From: Mobula hypostoma
Lineage: Eukaryota
Direction of reading: 5' to 3'
NCBI RefSeq assembly: GCF_963921235.1
Contig: NC_086119.1
Location: forward strand, 48,422,001 to 48,486,000
DNA length: 64,000 nucleotides
In this document: one piece after another, positions 22,960 through 36,730 of the stretch
How positions within the stretch are numbered: position 1 is the first letter of the stretch
Layout: each line of letters opens with the position of its first letter
Position numbers and translations under genes: made by a program
The notes under the pieces: generated by a model
The model's input: only the letters and a program-made list of their open reading frames with translations
Databases searched by the model: none
Told to the model about the DNA's origin: nothing

Positions 22960-24200
22960 TCAAACATCGTGTCATCTTCACTACCTTATCTAACTATGTC
23001 ATAATTTTTATGAGACAGTATTTCCACTGTACAAAACTGTGATAACTACTCTTCATCAGTTTCTGCCTTTCCAATGTGAACATAAGTCTTGCTCCTTGAA
23101 TTTTTTTTCATAATCCAGTCTTCTGGTACCTCATGCATGGTTAATGAAGATGCAAAAAGCTCCTTTAGATACCCAGCAATCTCCTCCCTTATATCCTGTA
23201 GCATTCTGGGATAGATCTTGTCAGACCCTTAGGATTTACCCTCCCTAATTTGTGCCAATACTTCTTCTTTCATGTCATGGAATATCATTATTTCCCTCCT
23301 CTAACTTTGCAGCTTCCCCATCCTTCTCCCCGGTGAATACCAAGGATGCTACTAATATTCCTTGGCTCCATGTTCAGATTTTCCTTTTGCCCCGCAGCAA
23401 CTACTGTTTCCCCTGCTACCCTCTTACTTCCAACATACTTAAAAAAGATTTTGGTATTCTTCTTAATCCCACTTTCCAAGACCATTTCACATCCTCTTTT
23501 TTTCCCTTCCCAATTTCTACTTTAGGTTCTCCCTTGCGTTACCTATAAACTTGAAAGGGCTCGCTTGACACCAAATGCCTACACCTGATGCATGCTTCCT
23601 TCATACTTCTAATCAAATCGTTTCTTTGCTAACCAAAGATCCTTCCTATTATCACTTTGCTTCTTGACCTTACAGGGGCTTGCTGACTCTGAAATCAGCC
23701 CTCCCACAATTTCAGGCCCAAGCTTTGGGACCAATTTTATCTTTTTTCCTAACTACCTTGAAAACCATCGAACTACAGACACTGTTTCCAAAAGGGCCCC
23801 TCCACAGACACTTCTACAATTTTCCTATCCACATCCAAATACAACCCCCGTCCCTAGTAGGGCTCTCTACATATTTCTTTAGAAATCACCCTGAGCCAAT
23901 AGGCTGGTCCTGGACTTATTTCCTGGCATAATTTACATATTCCTATTTAATTATTTATGGTTTTATTACTATTTAATTATTTATGGTGCAACTGCAATGA
24001 AAACCAATTTCCCTCGGGATCAATAAAGTATGACAATGACTATGAATAGCACCCAGGTAAGCCACTTACACTAAGGCACTCCCAGTCAATATTGAGAAAG
24101 GTAAAATCCCCAGCTATTGCAACTCTATTGGTTTTACACCCTATTGTGATCTGCCTACAAAACAGTTTTTCTAATTCCCACAGACTACAGATAACCCCTG
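22960..24200 (-). mobile_element. Old degenerate CR1 ORF2 fragments
   Basis: IKKNTKIFFKYVGSKRV and IAGDFTFLNIDW (GDFN-like endonuclease motif) on the minus strand. Confidence 0.65.
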
Positions 24201-24444
24201 TGTTACAGCCCATTTCACTAATGGAAATTTGCCCCGAGAGAATTCTCAAACCAATGTGAATGAATGAATACCTGCTCTGATAACGTGGCTTTACATCATA
24301 GAAAATCACGATATGGACATCCTGTAGGAATACAACCAACCCCAACCACTCACTGTAATGAGGCTAAAGTAAGATGCCACAGAGTGATTGCCCCTTACTT
24401 AACCTTGCTGCCCTTCTTGAATAAACAGTGCTCTATACAATCTA

Positions 24445-24570
24445 CAGGAATTCTGCAGATGCTGGAAATTCAAGCAACATACATCAAAGTTGCTGGTGAA
24501 CGCAGCAGGCCAGGCAGCATCTATAGGAAGAGGCGCAGTCGACGTTTCAGGCCGAGACCCTTCGTCAGGA
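24445..24570 (-). mobile_element. 126-bp solo Penelope terminal module with intact hammerhead core
   Basis: Perfect 14-bp TSD CTCTATACAATCTA at 24431-24444 and 24571-24584; minus strand reads GUC-CUGACGA-AGGGUCUCGGCCU-GAAACGUC-GACUG. Confidence 0.9.
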
Positions 24571-24979
24571 CTCTATACAATCTAGTTGTTTACCAACAAT
24601 GACTGAAGCACACCATGAATTGCATATTGATAAATTCCTTCGAACACTGACTAACCCACTCCCTCTATTACTTCATGTCATACCCTCCATCACCTATGAG
24701 CACACTTCTATCATTTACTTACACATTCTCACGGCTGATATCTAACATGCTTTCTCCATCAGTTAACACCTTTATTCCTTTATCAGTTTATGACACATTT
24801 TGTCTACCACTAACTGGTATTCTCCCTCTATCTCTTACTAACATGTTCCATCCATTAATTACCAACATACCGACTGATCCCAGACTGCAGACTCAGGTCG
24901 TGAGTGGAGTTTCTCTTTAAGAAAAAGGAAGTGTAGAAAGTGTGCTGGGTTGCAAGTAAGACTGAAATGTAGAGGCTTC

Positions 24980-25522
24980 TACATTTGTCCTTAAGGAAGG
25001 ATATACTGGCTTTGGAGGCAGTGCAGAGGAGGTTCACCAGGTTGATTCCAGAGATGAGGGGGTTAGACTATGAGGAGAGATTGAATCGCCTGGGACTGTA
25101 CCCGCCGGAATTCAGAAGAATGAGAAGAGATCTTATAGAAACATATAAAATTATGAAAGGGATAGATAAGATAGAAGCAGGAAAGTCATTTCCACTGGTA
25201 GGTGAGACTAGAGCTAGGGGACATAGCCTCAAGATTTGGGGGAGTAGATTTAGGATGGAGATGAGGAGGAATTTCTTTTCCCAGAGAGCAGTGAACCTGT
25301 GGAATTCTCTGCCCAATGAAGCAGTGGAGGATACCTCAGTAAAAATACATAAGACATGGATGGATAGATTTTTGCATAGTAGGGGAATTACGGGTAATGT
25401 GGAAAGGGCAGATAGATGGAGATGAGTCCATGGCCAGATCAGCCATGATCTTATTGAATGGTGGAGCAGGCTCAACGGGCTAGATGGCCGACTCCTGCTC
25501 CTGTCTCTTATGTTCTTATGTT
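24980..25522 (+). mobile_element. CR1 LINE 3' fragment
   Basis: LRKDILALEAVQRRFTRLIP...FFSQRAVNLWNSLP; TCTTATGT tail. Confidence 0.92.
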
Positions 25523-25524
25523 GT

Positions 25525-27260
25525 TCAGACCACCACTAATGATGATCCTTCTGGCAAATGCAGTCTGTTGAAAATAAAATAGAAGACCTCAGAGCAAGAT
25601 TGCTGCACCAGAGGGACAGAATCAACAGATTTGGAAGCATATCAGCTCTGGCAGCTTTGCAGGCCATTACTTCCTACCAAGTGATACCTAATATCATGAA
25701 TGGCTGTGATACTTCACTCCGAAATGAGCTCAATGCCTTTTATGCACGCCTTGAAAAGGAGAATAAAACTACACCTGTCAAAGTGCCTGCACCATCCAGT
25801 GACCCTGTAGTCCTGTGTCGGGGGCCGACGTCAGAACATCCTTCAAGAGGGTAAACCCTTGCAAGGCATCACCCCTGATGGGGTAGGTGGTAGGGCTCTG
25901 AAAGCCTATGCCAACCAACTGGTGGGAGCGTTCAAGGATGTCTTCAATCTCTCATTGCTACAGTAGGAGATTCCCACCTGCCTCAAAAGCTTAACAATCA
26001 TACCAATACCCAAGGAGAGCAAGGTGAACTGCCTTAATGACTGTCATCCAGTAGCACTCACATCTACAGTGATGAAGTGCTTTGAGCGGTTGGTCACGGC
26101 CAGAATCAACTGCTGCCTAAGCAAGGAACTGGACCAGCTGCAATTTGCCTATTATCACGATAGGTCTGCAGTGGATGCAGTCTCACTGGCTTTCCACTCA
26201 GCCCCGGATCACTGGGACAATAGCAAAACTTACACCAGGCTGCTGCTTATTGGCTGCAGCTCAGTGTTCAACACAATCAGACCCTTAATTCTAATCAAAA
26301 AAGTTCCAAAACCTCAGCCTCTGCACCTCCCTAGTTGTTAACAATCAACACTGGTACACCTCAGGTTTGCGTGCTTCACCCACCGAACTACACTGTAGCT
26401 AGGCATAGCTCGAATGCCATCGATAAACGTGCTGATGACAAAGCTTGCGTACTGGAGTGAGGTAGATCAGCTGGCTGAGTGGTGTAGCAGCAACAACCTT
26501 GCACTCAACGTCAGTAAGACAGAAGAATTGATCGTGGACTTCAGGAAAGGTAAGATGAGGAAACAAACTCCGGTCCTCACCGAGGAACCAGTAGTGGAAA
26601 GGATGAGCATTTTCAAGGTCCAGGGTGTCAACATCTCTGAGGATCTAACCTAGCTCCAACTTATTGAAACAATTATGATGAAGGCACAATAGCAGCTATC
26701 TTTCATTATGAGTTTCAGGAGAATTGGTGTGTCACTAAAGACGATTGCAGATTTCTATCGATGTACTGTGGAGAGCATTCTAACTGATTGCATCATTGTC
26801 TGGTGTGGAGAGGCCACTGCATAGGATTGGAAGAAGCTGCAGAAAGTTGTAAACTCAATCAGCTCCATCGTGGGCACTGGCCTTCCCTGCATCCAGGACA
26901 CCTTCAAAAAACAATACCTCAAAAAGGCGTTAAGAACCTCCATCACCCAGGACATGCCCTCTGCTTGTTGCTACCATCAGGGAGGAGATATTGAAGCCAG
27001 AAGGCACACACTCAACAATCCTGGAACATCTTCTTCCCTTCTGCCATCCGATTTCTGAGCAGACATTAAACCCGTGAACCCATTTTCAGTAATTTTTCTC
27101 CTTTTATTCTCTCTTTTTTTTACACTACTTATTAATTTATATGTTATATATTCTTCTTGCTGTAATTCATAGTTTTATTAATATGAACTGCTGCCACTTA
27201 ACAATGAACTTCATAACATATAGTATGCCGGTGATATTAAATCAGATTCTGATTCAGATT
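25525..27260 (+). mobile_element. Rex1/Babar-like LINE, decayed and internally deleted
   Basis: [48 protein letters not shown]; (GATTCT)n tail. Confidence 0.85.
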
Positions 27261-27301
27261 GTGTCTGCCTTCGACTAGTATTCTCCTTCCATCATTTAAT
27301 G

Positions 27302-27375
27302 CAGGTGTTCCCAACTTAGAGCACACTGACCACTTAGTAAATAGTCCATGGCATAAAAAGTGATGGCAACCCCTG
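27302..27375. mobile_element. 74-bp hAT MITE
   Basis: CAGGTGTTCCCAAC...GGCAACCCCTG termini; perfect 8-bp TSD ATTTAATG at 27294-27301 and 27376-27383. Confidence 0.85.
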
Positions 27376-27789
27376 ATTTAATGACACAGTCTCTCCATCA
27401 CAAAATAGAATACCCCTTCTTTACATACTGACACATTCCCTCCATCGCTTACTGATACAGTACATTTCCCCTATAACTGATGCATTCTCCCAGTTACCAA
27501 CATGTCCCCTACATCACTTACTCCCTGTGTACATTGTGGCCTGTTACTGATGGAACACTGAATGCATTGAAGCCCTGCAGTTCCTCAAACCTGTTTGTCC
27601 GGCTCCCTGGACCTAATCAAGAATTCTCACCCTTTCCCTATAACCCTGAATGACTTCTGTTTCAGTTAAAACCAGATTCAAGATTGTATAGTGTCATTTC
27701 CTGTACAGAAATGTAAAGACCATAAGACCTAGAAGCAGAATTAGGCAATTCGGCCCATTGAATCGACTTCGCCCTTCCTCCACCATCAA

Positions 27790-29048
27790 AAATGCCAATG
27801 CCATCCCCTTCTCGCAATTCCTCTGTCTCCGCCGCATCTGCTCTCAGGATGAGGCTTTTCATTCCAGGATGAGGGAGATGTCCTCCTTTTTTAAAGAAAG
27901 GGGCTTCCCTTCCTCCACCATCAACTCTGCTCTCAAACGCATCTCCTCCATTTCACGCACATCTGCTCTCACTCCATCCTCCCGCCACCCCACTAGGAAT
28001 AGGGTTCCCCTGGTCGTCACCTTCCACCCCACCAGCCTCCGGGTCCAACATATTATTCTCTGTAACTTCTGCCACCTCCAACTAGATCCCACCACTAAGC
28101 ACATCTTTCCCTGCCCTCCCCTCTGCTTTCTGCAGGGATCGCTCCCTACATGACTCCCTTGTCCATTCGTCCCCTCCATCCCTCCCCACTGATCTCCCTC
28201 CTGGCACTTATCCTTGTAAGCGGAACAAGTGCTACACATACCCTTACACTTCCTCCCTTACCACCATTCAGGGCTCCAGACAGTCCTTCCAGGTGAGGCG
28301 ACACTTCACCTGTGAGTCAGCTGGGGTGATATACTGCGTCTGGTGCTCCCGATGTGGCCTTCTATATATTGACGAGACCCGACGCAGACTGGGAGACCGT
28401 TTCGCTGAACATCTGCACTCTGTCCGCCAGAGAAAGCAGGATCTCCCAGTGGCCACACATTTTAATTCCACATCCCATTCCCATTCTGACATGTCTATCC
28501 ACGGCCTCCTCTACTGTAAGGATGAAGCCACACTTAGGTTGGAGGAACAACACCTTATATTCCGTCTGGGTAGCCTTCAACCTGATGGCATGAACATTGA
28601 CTTCTCTAACTTCCGCTAATGCCCCACCTCCCCCTCGTACCCCATCCGTTATTTATATACACACATTCTTTCTCTCACTCTCCTTTTTCTCCCTCTGTCC
28701 CTCTAACTATACTCCTTGCCCATCCTCTGGGTTTTCCCCCCCTCCCCCTTTTCCTTCTCCCTGGGCCTCCTGTCCCATGATCCTCTCATATCCCCTTTGC
28801 CAATCACCTGTCCAGCTCTTGGCTCCATCCCTCCCCCTCCTGTCTTCTCCTATCATTTTGGATCTCCCCCGCCCCCTCCCACTTTCAAATCTCTTACTAG
28901 CTCTTCCTTCAGTTAGTCCTGACAAAGATTCTCGGCCTGAAACGTCGACTGTACCTCTTCCTAGAGATGCTGCCGGGCCTGCTGCGTTCACCAGCAACTT
29001 TGATGTGTGTTGCTTGAATTTCCAGCATCTGCAGAATTCCTTGTGTTT
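27790..29048 (+). mobile_element. Penelope-like element, 5'-truncated, same family as 134-1440
   Basis: NAIPFSQFLCLRRICS linker, GIY-YIG ORF 28293-28619, terminal module with mutated hammerhead (CUGACAA). Confidence 0.92.
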
Positions 29049-29099
29049 GTGTCATTCTGAACTCTGATCTTGCTCCAGATTTTGTCTCAGCATTTAAGC

Positions 29100-30710
29100 C
29101 ATGGCAAGAGTCTGGCTGAGCAATGTAGCACTCTTATCTTTGGAGCAATGGAGGACCAGAGACGACTTGATAAAGGTGTATAAGATGACACGAGGCAGAG
29201 ATAAAGTAGACAGTTCCCTGGGTGGCAATGGCTAACATGAGAGGACATATTTACAAGGTGATTGGAGGGGAGTATAGCGGGGACAACAGAGGTGGGTTTT
29301 GTACACGGCGACAGTGCATGGACCATACTGCCAGGGGTGGTGGAAGAGGCAGATACATTTGGGATATTTACAAAATGTGTGTAACCCCAGGTTAATTAAA
29401 CTCGAAAGATATAATGTTAGAAAGCTCCAGTTGTGGAGGGATGAAAATGAGGTTTACAGATTTTTTTTAAAGAAAGAGGACTTGGAAAAAAATCTATGCG
29501 AGAACGCGGTGTGGGTGATGCCAGTGCAGAAAAGCTGGAGAAACGCAGCAAACTATTAGAAACTAAAGATATAAACTGTTAAAAGTGGAATTAGTAGTGA
29601 GTATCTCTATCCTACTTACTTGAAAACTTCAGGGTGAAACCCTGGAGGAGAGATAATAGCGATAAAAGATCCTTTGAAGCTACAACTGTAATGAGACAAT
29701 ACCAGCAAAGACGAGTGTCCAAGATCTCTATCATGTAACCGAGAATTAGTTCTGTTAAATCACACCGAACGTTTGGGTCAGGTTTTTTTGTACATGTTTG
29801 TGAATCAACTTTCCATGGATGACCAACCCTTTCATCCAATGAAACAAGAAACAAGATGGCCAGCCACCCAAGATTGAAGAACCAGCGCAGGAATGAAATG
29901 TTTAATGACACAGAGGATTTAATATGTTTTGATGTACTAGTTTATTTTTATTTGAATAATCCAAATTTGATTTTATGCAATAACTGGTTATTTTGCAAAG
30001 ACTTTGATAAGTTGCTGAATGAGATTTACTTTGTTTAGAAGTTGCAATGTTGGAGAAATGTGAAAGGAGTGAAGCTGTATAGGTATATAATTTTTGAATT
30101 TGTAGACATACTGATTTGAACAGAAACTGTAGGTAACCATAAGAACAGGAATCCAATTAGTTTTCTAACTAGGGATAAATAAAAAGGAAAGGTTTGTCTG
30201 TAAACCTTTAACTAGGGAATAACGCTAGATCTAATCAGTTGGAGGAATTGGAGTAACAAAGGTTATTCTAATGAATATCACTGATTCCAACTAAACAGGA
30301 ATTTGGTTGTTGTTGATATCTGAGATTTGGAACTTAAACAGAATGTTGGAATTTTGAATTGTTCTTACTCATGTAAATATTTTGTATATCTTTTTTTAAT
30401 AATTAAAACTTAACCACAGAAGTGTGTGTTTCTATTCACTGCTTCCTTCCATACTTAGAGCTTCTGATGGTCTACTAGCACCTGGTGTAGTACTATGTAA
30501 CTTGATTTTTCTCATGAAGACTGTAGTGGCCAAGTCACGCAAGTTAGGACCAGTGCTACACAGGTGTTACACTTGTAGACAGGCACTGGGATAAAAGTAA
30601 AGTAGGGAGCTATAGCGAAGGGAAGGGTTAGATTGTTCTTAGAGTAGGTTAAAATGTCAGTGCAACATCATGGGTTGAAGGGCCTCTACTATGCTATACT
30701 GCTATGTTCT
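29100..30710 (+). mobile_element. Degenerate CR1 3' fragment containing an LTR-like insertion (29380-30571)
   Basis: CR1 sequence resumes after the insertion; insertion termini TGTAAC...GTTACA, but no clear TSD. Confidence 0.6.
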
Positions 30711-30899
30711 ATCCTTTTAAGAGCCGGACATGCACAAGACTGAATTCTGTGCCAGCTAAGTTTGTCATCACAGAGTGTGAGAGTGTGAATGGGGTGATAT
30801 TCCTGTGCACACTGGTAAAGAGGCAGGAGCTAAAGACGGTACCAGAGGTTTTCCCAGACCCAGGCGACTTCTTCCAGATCGTACACAAAACAGTTATTC

Positions 30900-31640
30900 T
30901 TCTCTTCTGCTGTCTGCTTTTTTTCTTTTCAAGGTGGCTGTGGCTGTGTCGGAGTCTGTGAGCGCAGCTGCAGCTCAAACTGTGGTTCTTCATGGGCAGT
31001 GGGTTCCCGTTCTCAGACTCGCCAATCGACCTGGTGTTTCGATATCTCCAGGTGCAGTCAGGAAGACAACCCGATTCCTCGCCAATATCGCTGACTGAAG
31101 CGTCAGAGGATGTTGAAACATGGAGGCGGCAGGTGATGTACGCTGCTGTCAAAAGAAGGACCCGTCACTTGAGTAACCCTCTCTCTCTTGATTGTGGGTG
31201 AGAGGCTGTTGACCCTCGAGTCGAGGAACTCGGACAAGCAATGCGGCGGATTGTAACCGAAACAGCAAACTGTCAGACTCCTCTCTCATTGTTGCAGGAG
31301 CAATATCTCTTTCTCCCCTGCTAGTGAGAGAGAGAGGGGAGCCTGTCTGAGAAGCCAAAGTCTTGGGATGGACAGTAGTTTTTGAAGGACTCTAGATTAT
31401 TGTCTCTGAGGGCTTTGCTATTGCTTGTGTGGGGGGACTGGTGCCTTTGCTGGAGCAATAGAGGGGCGGGTTGATGCTTTGCTGCTGCTTATATGTGAGG
31501 GAGGGCTGCTTCAGGGTTCTAATATTTTCTGTCATTCATTCTTTGGGACACTTTTTCAGTTTTGTGGATGTCTGTGAAGAGTAAGAATTTCAGATTGTAT
31601 ACTGTATACATTCTCTGATTTTAAATTGAACCATTAAACA
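30900..31640 (+). mobile_element. Unclassified non-autonomous retroelement, related to 43050-43880
   Basis: Shared 3' region ...TGTCATTCATTCTTTGG...TTGTATAC...TTCTCTGA...TTAAATT; boundaries approximate. Confidence 0.55.
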
Positions 31641-32997
31641 CACTTTACTGATGATATTCCATGATGATTTGGGCCTGGCTAAGCTTTCCTGGTGTTTTCC
31701 TTAATCAAAGTCTTTGACTGTGCTTTTGACTAGTAGCATGGATCTGATGTGAATCTTAGAGCAATTAACAAATATCTAAGGAAGACTAAATCATTGACAT
31801 CATCCACAGTCACTTTTTCACAAACTACCTAATAATACTTTCATTGACATCTTTGTAGCATTGCTTCTTCAGAAAGCATTACCATTGTCAGAGGAATTCC
31901 AGGTAATGAAACTGCCCAGGTAAGGTTCTTAGGCAGATTGAGAGGTCCAAACGACAAGAGCAGAGAATGTCAAATAACATAATGAATGAGTTACGTCAAT
32001 GCCTAAAGCTGTTTCTTTCTCTTCAGTAATGTTCCCTCTGATGGTCTTTTTCTCCTCTTTTAGAAACAGTGGCTCAGTATTGAGTTAGTTCCACAAGTGA
32101 AAAATCAATAGAGGAGCCCATCGTTTCTCCTGACCTTGTACTTGCGTGACAACCACAGACGCATTTACAGCCAGGAATAACTGGAGTGAGATCAGGACTT
32201 GGATTGCTGGGCAAAGCTTCACAAGATGTTTAACCTTGACTCTACCTGTGGCAAGTCAAGAGATTGTAAGTCTGACCCCATCTGCCTTAACAAGATTTAT
32301 GCTAGCACTTCATCATAGTTCTGAGGAATGCAGAGACGTTAAACATTTGGAAAGTGTCTCAGTCTTATTACATTTGTGAGCCTGTTTGTTTTTTTTAATC
32401 ATCATCAGTGATGCTGCCCTTTAACCTTCTGCAGCTGATACAGTTGAAGCTCGAATGTTGCAATCCTGAGAGAGATGATGGTGTCGGATTTTGGCATACG
32501 TCAAGGTGAAGGTCACAGCTGTTCAGAGACCAAAAGGACTGCACTGTCTTAGAGCTGTAAGTGATTTTACTGGGGAAATGTGATGCTTCAGTAAGATACA
32601 TATTACTGAGGGAAGTGCAGCGCTTGCTATCTAAAGTATTCTCTTGCTTTAAGTAGCAAGAATGCAAAGCATTTTCCTAATTGTAAGATTAACAATTAAA
32701 CACGTAAAGAAAATAAATGCACTTAAAAGTAGGTTGTCCATGGTAACATCTGATAAATTGTCATTAAGTGGGTGCAACTGATTGGACATATGAACACACA
32801 AACAAGAGCACCACCCGTTTAATGATGACTTTTCATTTTATGCTTAGATGCAGAGATGAAAGAGAGGTTGCTTGGATGTCTATTTCTTTTGGCTTGTTTT
32901 AGAACATCATTGAATCATAAGCCTGCCCTCCTCTCAATATAAAATGTTGCCCAGGGCTACAATGAATGTGGAAGAATATTGACACACTTTATCCAGC

Positions 32998-33403
32998 ACA
33001 CCTCCAAGAGGACCACAACCTTGTCATGGGTTGGAGGCTTGTGTGCCTCAATGACCTGGAGAACTATGTCGGCTGGAGTCAGGGCCATGTGCTTTGGCTC
33101 TTGTTAGGGTCACCTATGTCAAACAGGTCAAAGGGTAGAGGTCAGACGAAGAGTGGTGCACTGGTCTTCCAGGTTTGGGGGTTCAACCCTGACTGGTAAA
33201 ACAAAATTGTTACGGAAACAGCAATGAAGATTCATTCAACATCAGAGTGTGGTTGTATTCCTGAGACTCCACCCAGGACTTCCAGAGTGACAGTACTGAA
33301 TACTGAGAGGAAGCTACTGACACAATGAAGGAAGCCTTGAATATCACCTGCGATGGAGGACCTTCATTGCTGCCCTAAATGCCAGCGGCATTAACAGTCA
33401 GTA
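32998..33403 (+). mobile_element. Bipartite RTE (BovB/Expander-type) non-autonomous element
   Basis: Head CCTTGTCATGG...AATGACCT...AGGGTCACC; tail GATGGAGGACCTTCATTGCTGCCCTA; imperfect TSD ACACTTTATCCAGC / ACACTTATTCAGC. Confidence 0.7.
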
Positions 33404-34159
33404 ACACTTATTCAGCTTAAATTTCTGCATACTTATTTCCTTGTGTTATTTGATTACTCTTAGCTAAAAACTGTTTCATATGCTGCATGTCCATTGAAAA
33501 ATGGAAACCGCAGCACCAGACCTGATAAAATGAAGGAAAATATCCTTACATTTCTTTTCTGCCGTTGGCTTGAGCTGCTGAAATACCCTGATGCTGCAGT
33601 AATTTCAGTGCCAAGAGTGCAGGAGTAGGTCTTCCAGTGATGGATATTCCATTCCATGGAAATACACACGCCATGACAAATAGATAAATAAATACCGTCA
33701 CCATGGCTTTCTTCTTGGGATCTTCCCTTTGATTACATTTTAAAAGTGTGCAGCAAGCGAAGGAGGAGGTGAAGGAAGGGGGTCAGCATCAAAAGGCTAC
33801 AACCACCTAGAGTCCACATACACACAGCTGAATCTCACAGTAACAGGAGTGGCCTCTCAGCTCCCCACATCAGTCAGTGTGATTCATCGCTGATCTTTCA
33901 CATCAAAACCACTTTCTTGCACAAGCTCCACAGCCTTGATTTCCTTATTATCTGCAATGTATCAACCTCTGTTGAATAACTGAGCCTTCCAAACCTTCTT
34001 GGAGAATTTAAAAGATTACCGTGTGTGAAATATTTTGTTTTAATCTCAGTCCTAGGTAGCCAAACCTTTATTTTGAGACTGTGACACGTAGGTTGTAGAA
34101 ACTCCAGCTGGGGAAATCATCACCTCTGCATCCACACTGCCAAACCCTTCAGAATCTTA

Positions 34160-35640
34160 AGTCAAGTCAAGACAACTTCAGCCGTACACATGTATAACGC
34201 CAAATGAAACAACATAACACCAGACCAAGGGGCACCATACAATACGTAATTCTCACACACAACTCATACTGTAGGTAATATTACCTCAAATAAGTTAACA
34301 AATAATGCAGTGCACTTATGACACAAGATAAAAAGTAAGCAGTATAAATCTACTGGTACTTGAGGAATGAGTCCCGGGTGCTGGCAGGAGGTCAGTAGTT
34401 TCATAGCCTAGGGGACGAAGCTTGACCTAATGCTATGGTATCTCCTGCCTGATGGTAGGGGATCAAAGAGATTGCCGGATGGGAGGGATTATTGACAATG
34501 CTAACACAGTGCTCCTGATAAATATCTCTGATGTGCAGAAGAGAGACCCCAATGATTGTCTCAACAGCCGTCACATTCTTTCGTAGGGACTTACAGATTC
34601 CTTGCGATCTCCATACCAGACAGTGTTGCAGGTAGTTAGGACACTCTCAATGGTGCTCCTGTAACAACTGTTTAGAATGGTTGAGAGGTCAGCGGGGAGC
34701 AGCCTCACTGCCCTCAATATCCTCAGGAAGTGGGACGCTGTCGTGCTTTCTTCGGCAAAGAGGAAGTGTTCAGGGACCAGGTGAGAGCGTCCATTATGTT
34801 CACTTCCAGAAACTTGGTGCTCCTTACTCTGTTCATGGAGGAGCTGCTTATGTGCAGTGAAGAGTGGTCAGCCTGCTAAAATCCACAATCGCTTCTTTGC
34901 ACTTGTCCATTTTGAGACTCAAGTAGTTGTGCTCGCATCATTTTACCTGCCGCTCTAACTCCTTTCTGTACGCCGTCTCGTCATCGTTGTTGCCGAGGCC
35001 CACCACTGATGTGCTATCAGTGATGATTCAGTTGGAACTGGATGCAGCAGTACTGCCACGCATCAGTAGCGGGCCGAGTTTCTGACACGTACTTACAGTG
35101 TGACACATGCTGCCCTGGGGGCAGCTGATGCTCAGCATGATGGAGCTAGACATGGACTAACTATGGTTTTTCTGTCAAGAAGTCCAAGATCCAATTACAG
35201 AGAGAGATGTTGAGACACAGCAAGGACAGCTTACACACCAGCTTCTGAGGAATGGTCGTATTAAATGCTGAGCTGAAATTGATGAACATCATCTTGGCGT
35301 ATGAGGCACCATTTTCCAGGTTGACAGGATGGAGTGGGCTGCAAAAGCTATGGCATCATCGGTGGACCAATTTGAGCGAAAGGCAATCTGGAAAGAAGAA
35401 GTGAGGAAGTCTTTAATCCAGAGTGTAGCGTGGGCCTGGAATTCATTGCCCAAAAGCAAAAAGCCTTTGTCACGTTTAGAAAGCTCTTGAATATGCACTT
35501 CAAACTCTGTAGCCACAGATCAGCAGTCCTAGTGCTGGTAAGTAACGTTAGATTGGATGGCTCCTTATCAACCAGCATGGGCACAATGGGCAGAATGGCA
35601 ACATTTTGTATCACTGTAGAGTCCCAGCAGATGCCATCTG
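34160..35640 (-). mobile_element. Decayed Rex1/Babar-like LINE
   Basis: [22 protein letters not shown] and the antisense of DFSSAFNT near 35260-35285; (AAGTC)n tail at ~34160. Confidence 0.7.
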
Positions 35641-35789
35641 CCCAGCCTTATTGCCTCGCCAACCTCTCCCCCTCTCCCCATCACACAGGCACATTGGCAG
35701 AGGAGGAAGACAGACCTTCACTTCACAAAGCGCCAGTTCAGATACTGATCATCAGAGTTATACAATACGGACCCAAGCTTTTTCCCAGC

Positions 35790-36730
35790 TGCTCCGTGCC
35801 AAATAAGGTGCCTCATCCAAGCTAGTCCCATTTGCCAGTGATTGGCCCATAACCTGCTAAATCTTTCCAATCTATGCACCTGTCCAACTGTTAATTGTTG
35901 TTACTGTAGCGGCCCAAATCATTTCCTGTTGTAGCTCCTTCCACATACATACATACCACCATTTGTGTAAAAAAGGTTGCTTCTCAAATTCTTACTAAAT
36001 CTTTCCCCTCTCACATTAACCTATGCTCCCTTTTCTTGATTCCTCAATACGGGGGAAACACTCCCTTTCTAAGATTTTATATGTCTCTGTAAGATCACCC
36101 CTCAATTTCCTATACTCCAATAAGGTCCTAACTCGTCAAACCTCTCCCTATAATTCACTTCTACGAGTCCTGACATCATCCTTGTAAATCTTTTCTGTAC
36201 TCTCTCTAGATTAGTAACATCTCCCCAATAGCAGGGTGACCAAAATAGAACACAATACTCCAAGTGCAGCATCTCCAATATCCTGTACAACCACATTATG
36301 ACGTCCCTACTTCTATAATCATTTCCCTGACTGCTGAAGACTAGTCTGCCAAAAGCATTTTTCAACACTCTTCGTACCCATAACTCCATTTGCAGGGAAC
36401 CATGTACTTGTACACCAAAATATCTCTCTTCTACAACACTCTCCAAGGCTCTATCGGTCCTACAATTTTTCCAAAATCTAACACCTCGCACTTATCAGGA
36501 TTAAACTTCATTTGCCACTCTTTGGCCCATGTAGTCAGCTGATCGAAATCCTTGTGTTAATTTTTGATAACTTTCTTTGCTGTCCATTATATCACCTATT
36601 TTAGCATCATCTTCTATCTTACTGAACATTCCATGTGCGTTCTTTTCTAAATCGTTGATGTAGTTGACATACAACAATGGGCTGACCACCAACCTTTGAG
36701 ACACTTACACTTAACATGGGCTTTCAGTTT
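35790..36730 (-). mobile_element. Decayed CR1 RT/3' fragment
   Basis: PLLYVNYINDL...KIEDDAKIG; HLEYCVLFWSP...LERVQKRFTRM. Confidence 0.85.

Noticed and set aside
32435-32556. Possible exon (TTCTGCAG acceptor, GTAAGT donor)
   Set aside because: Stops in all three frames and no partner exons found; a non-coding exon cannot be supported from sequence alone.
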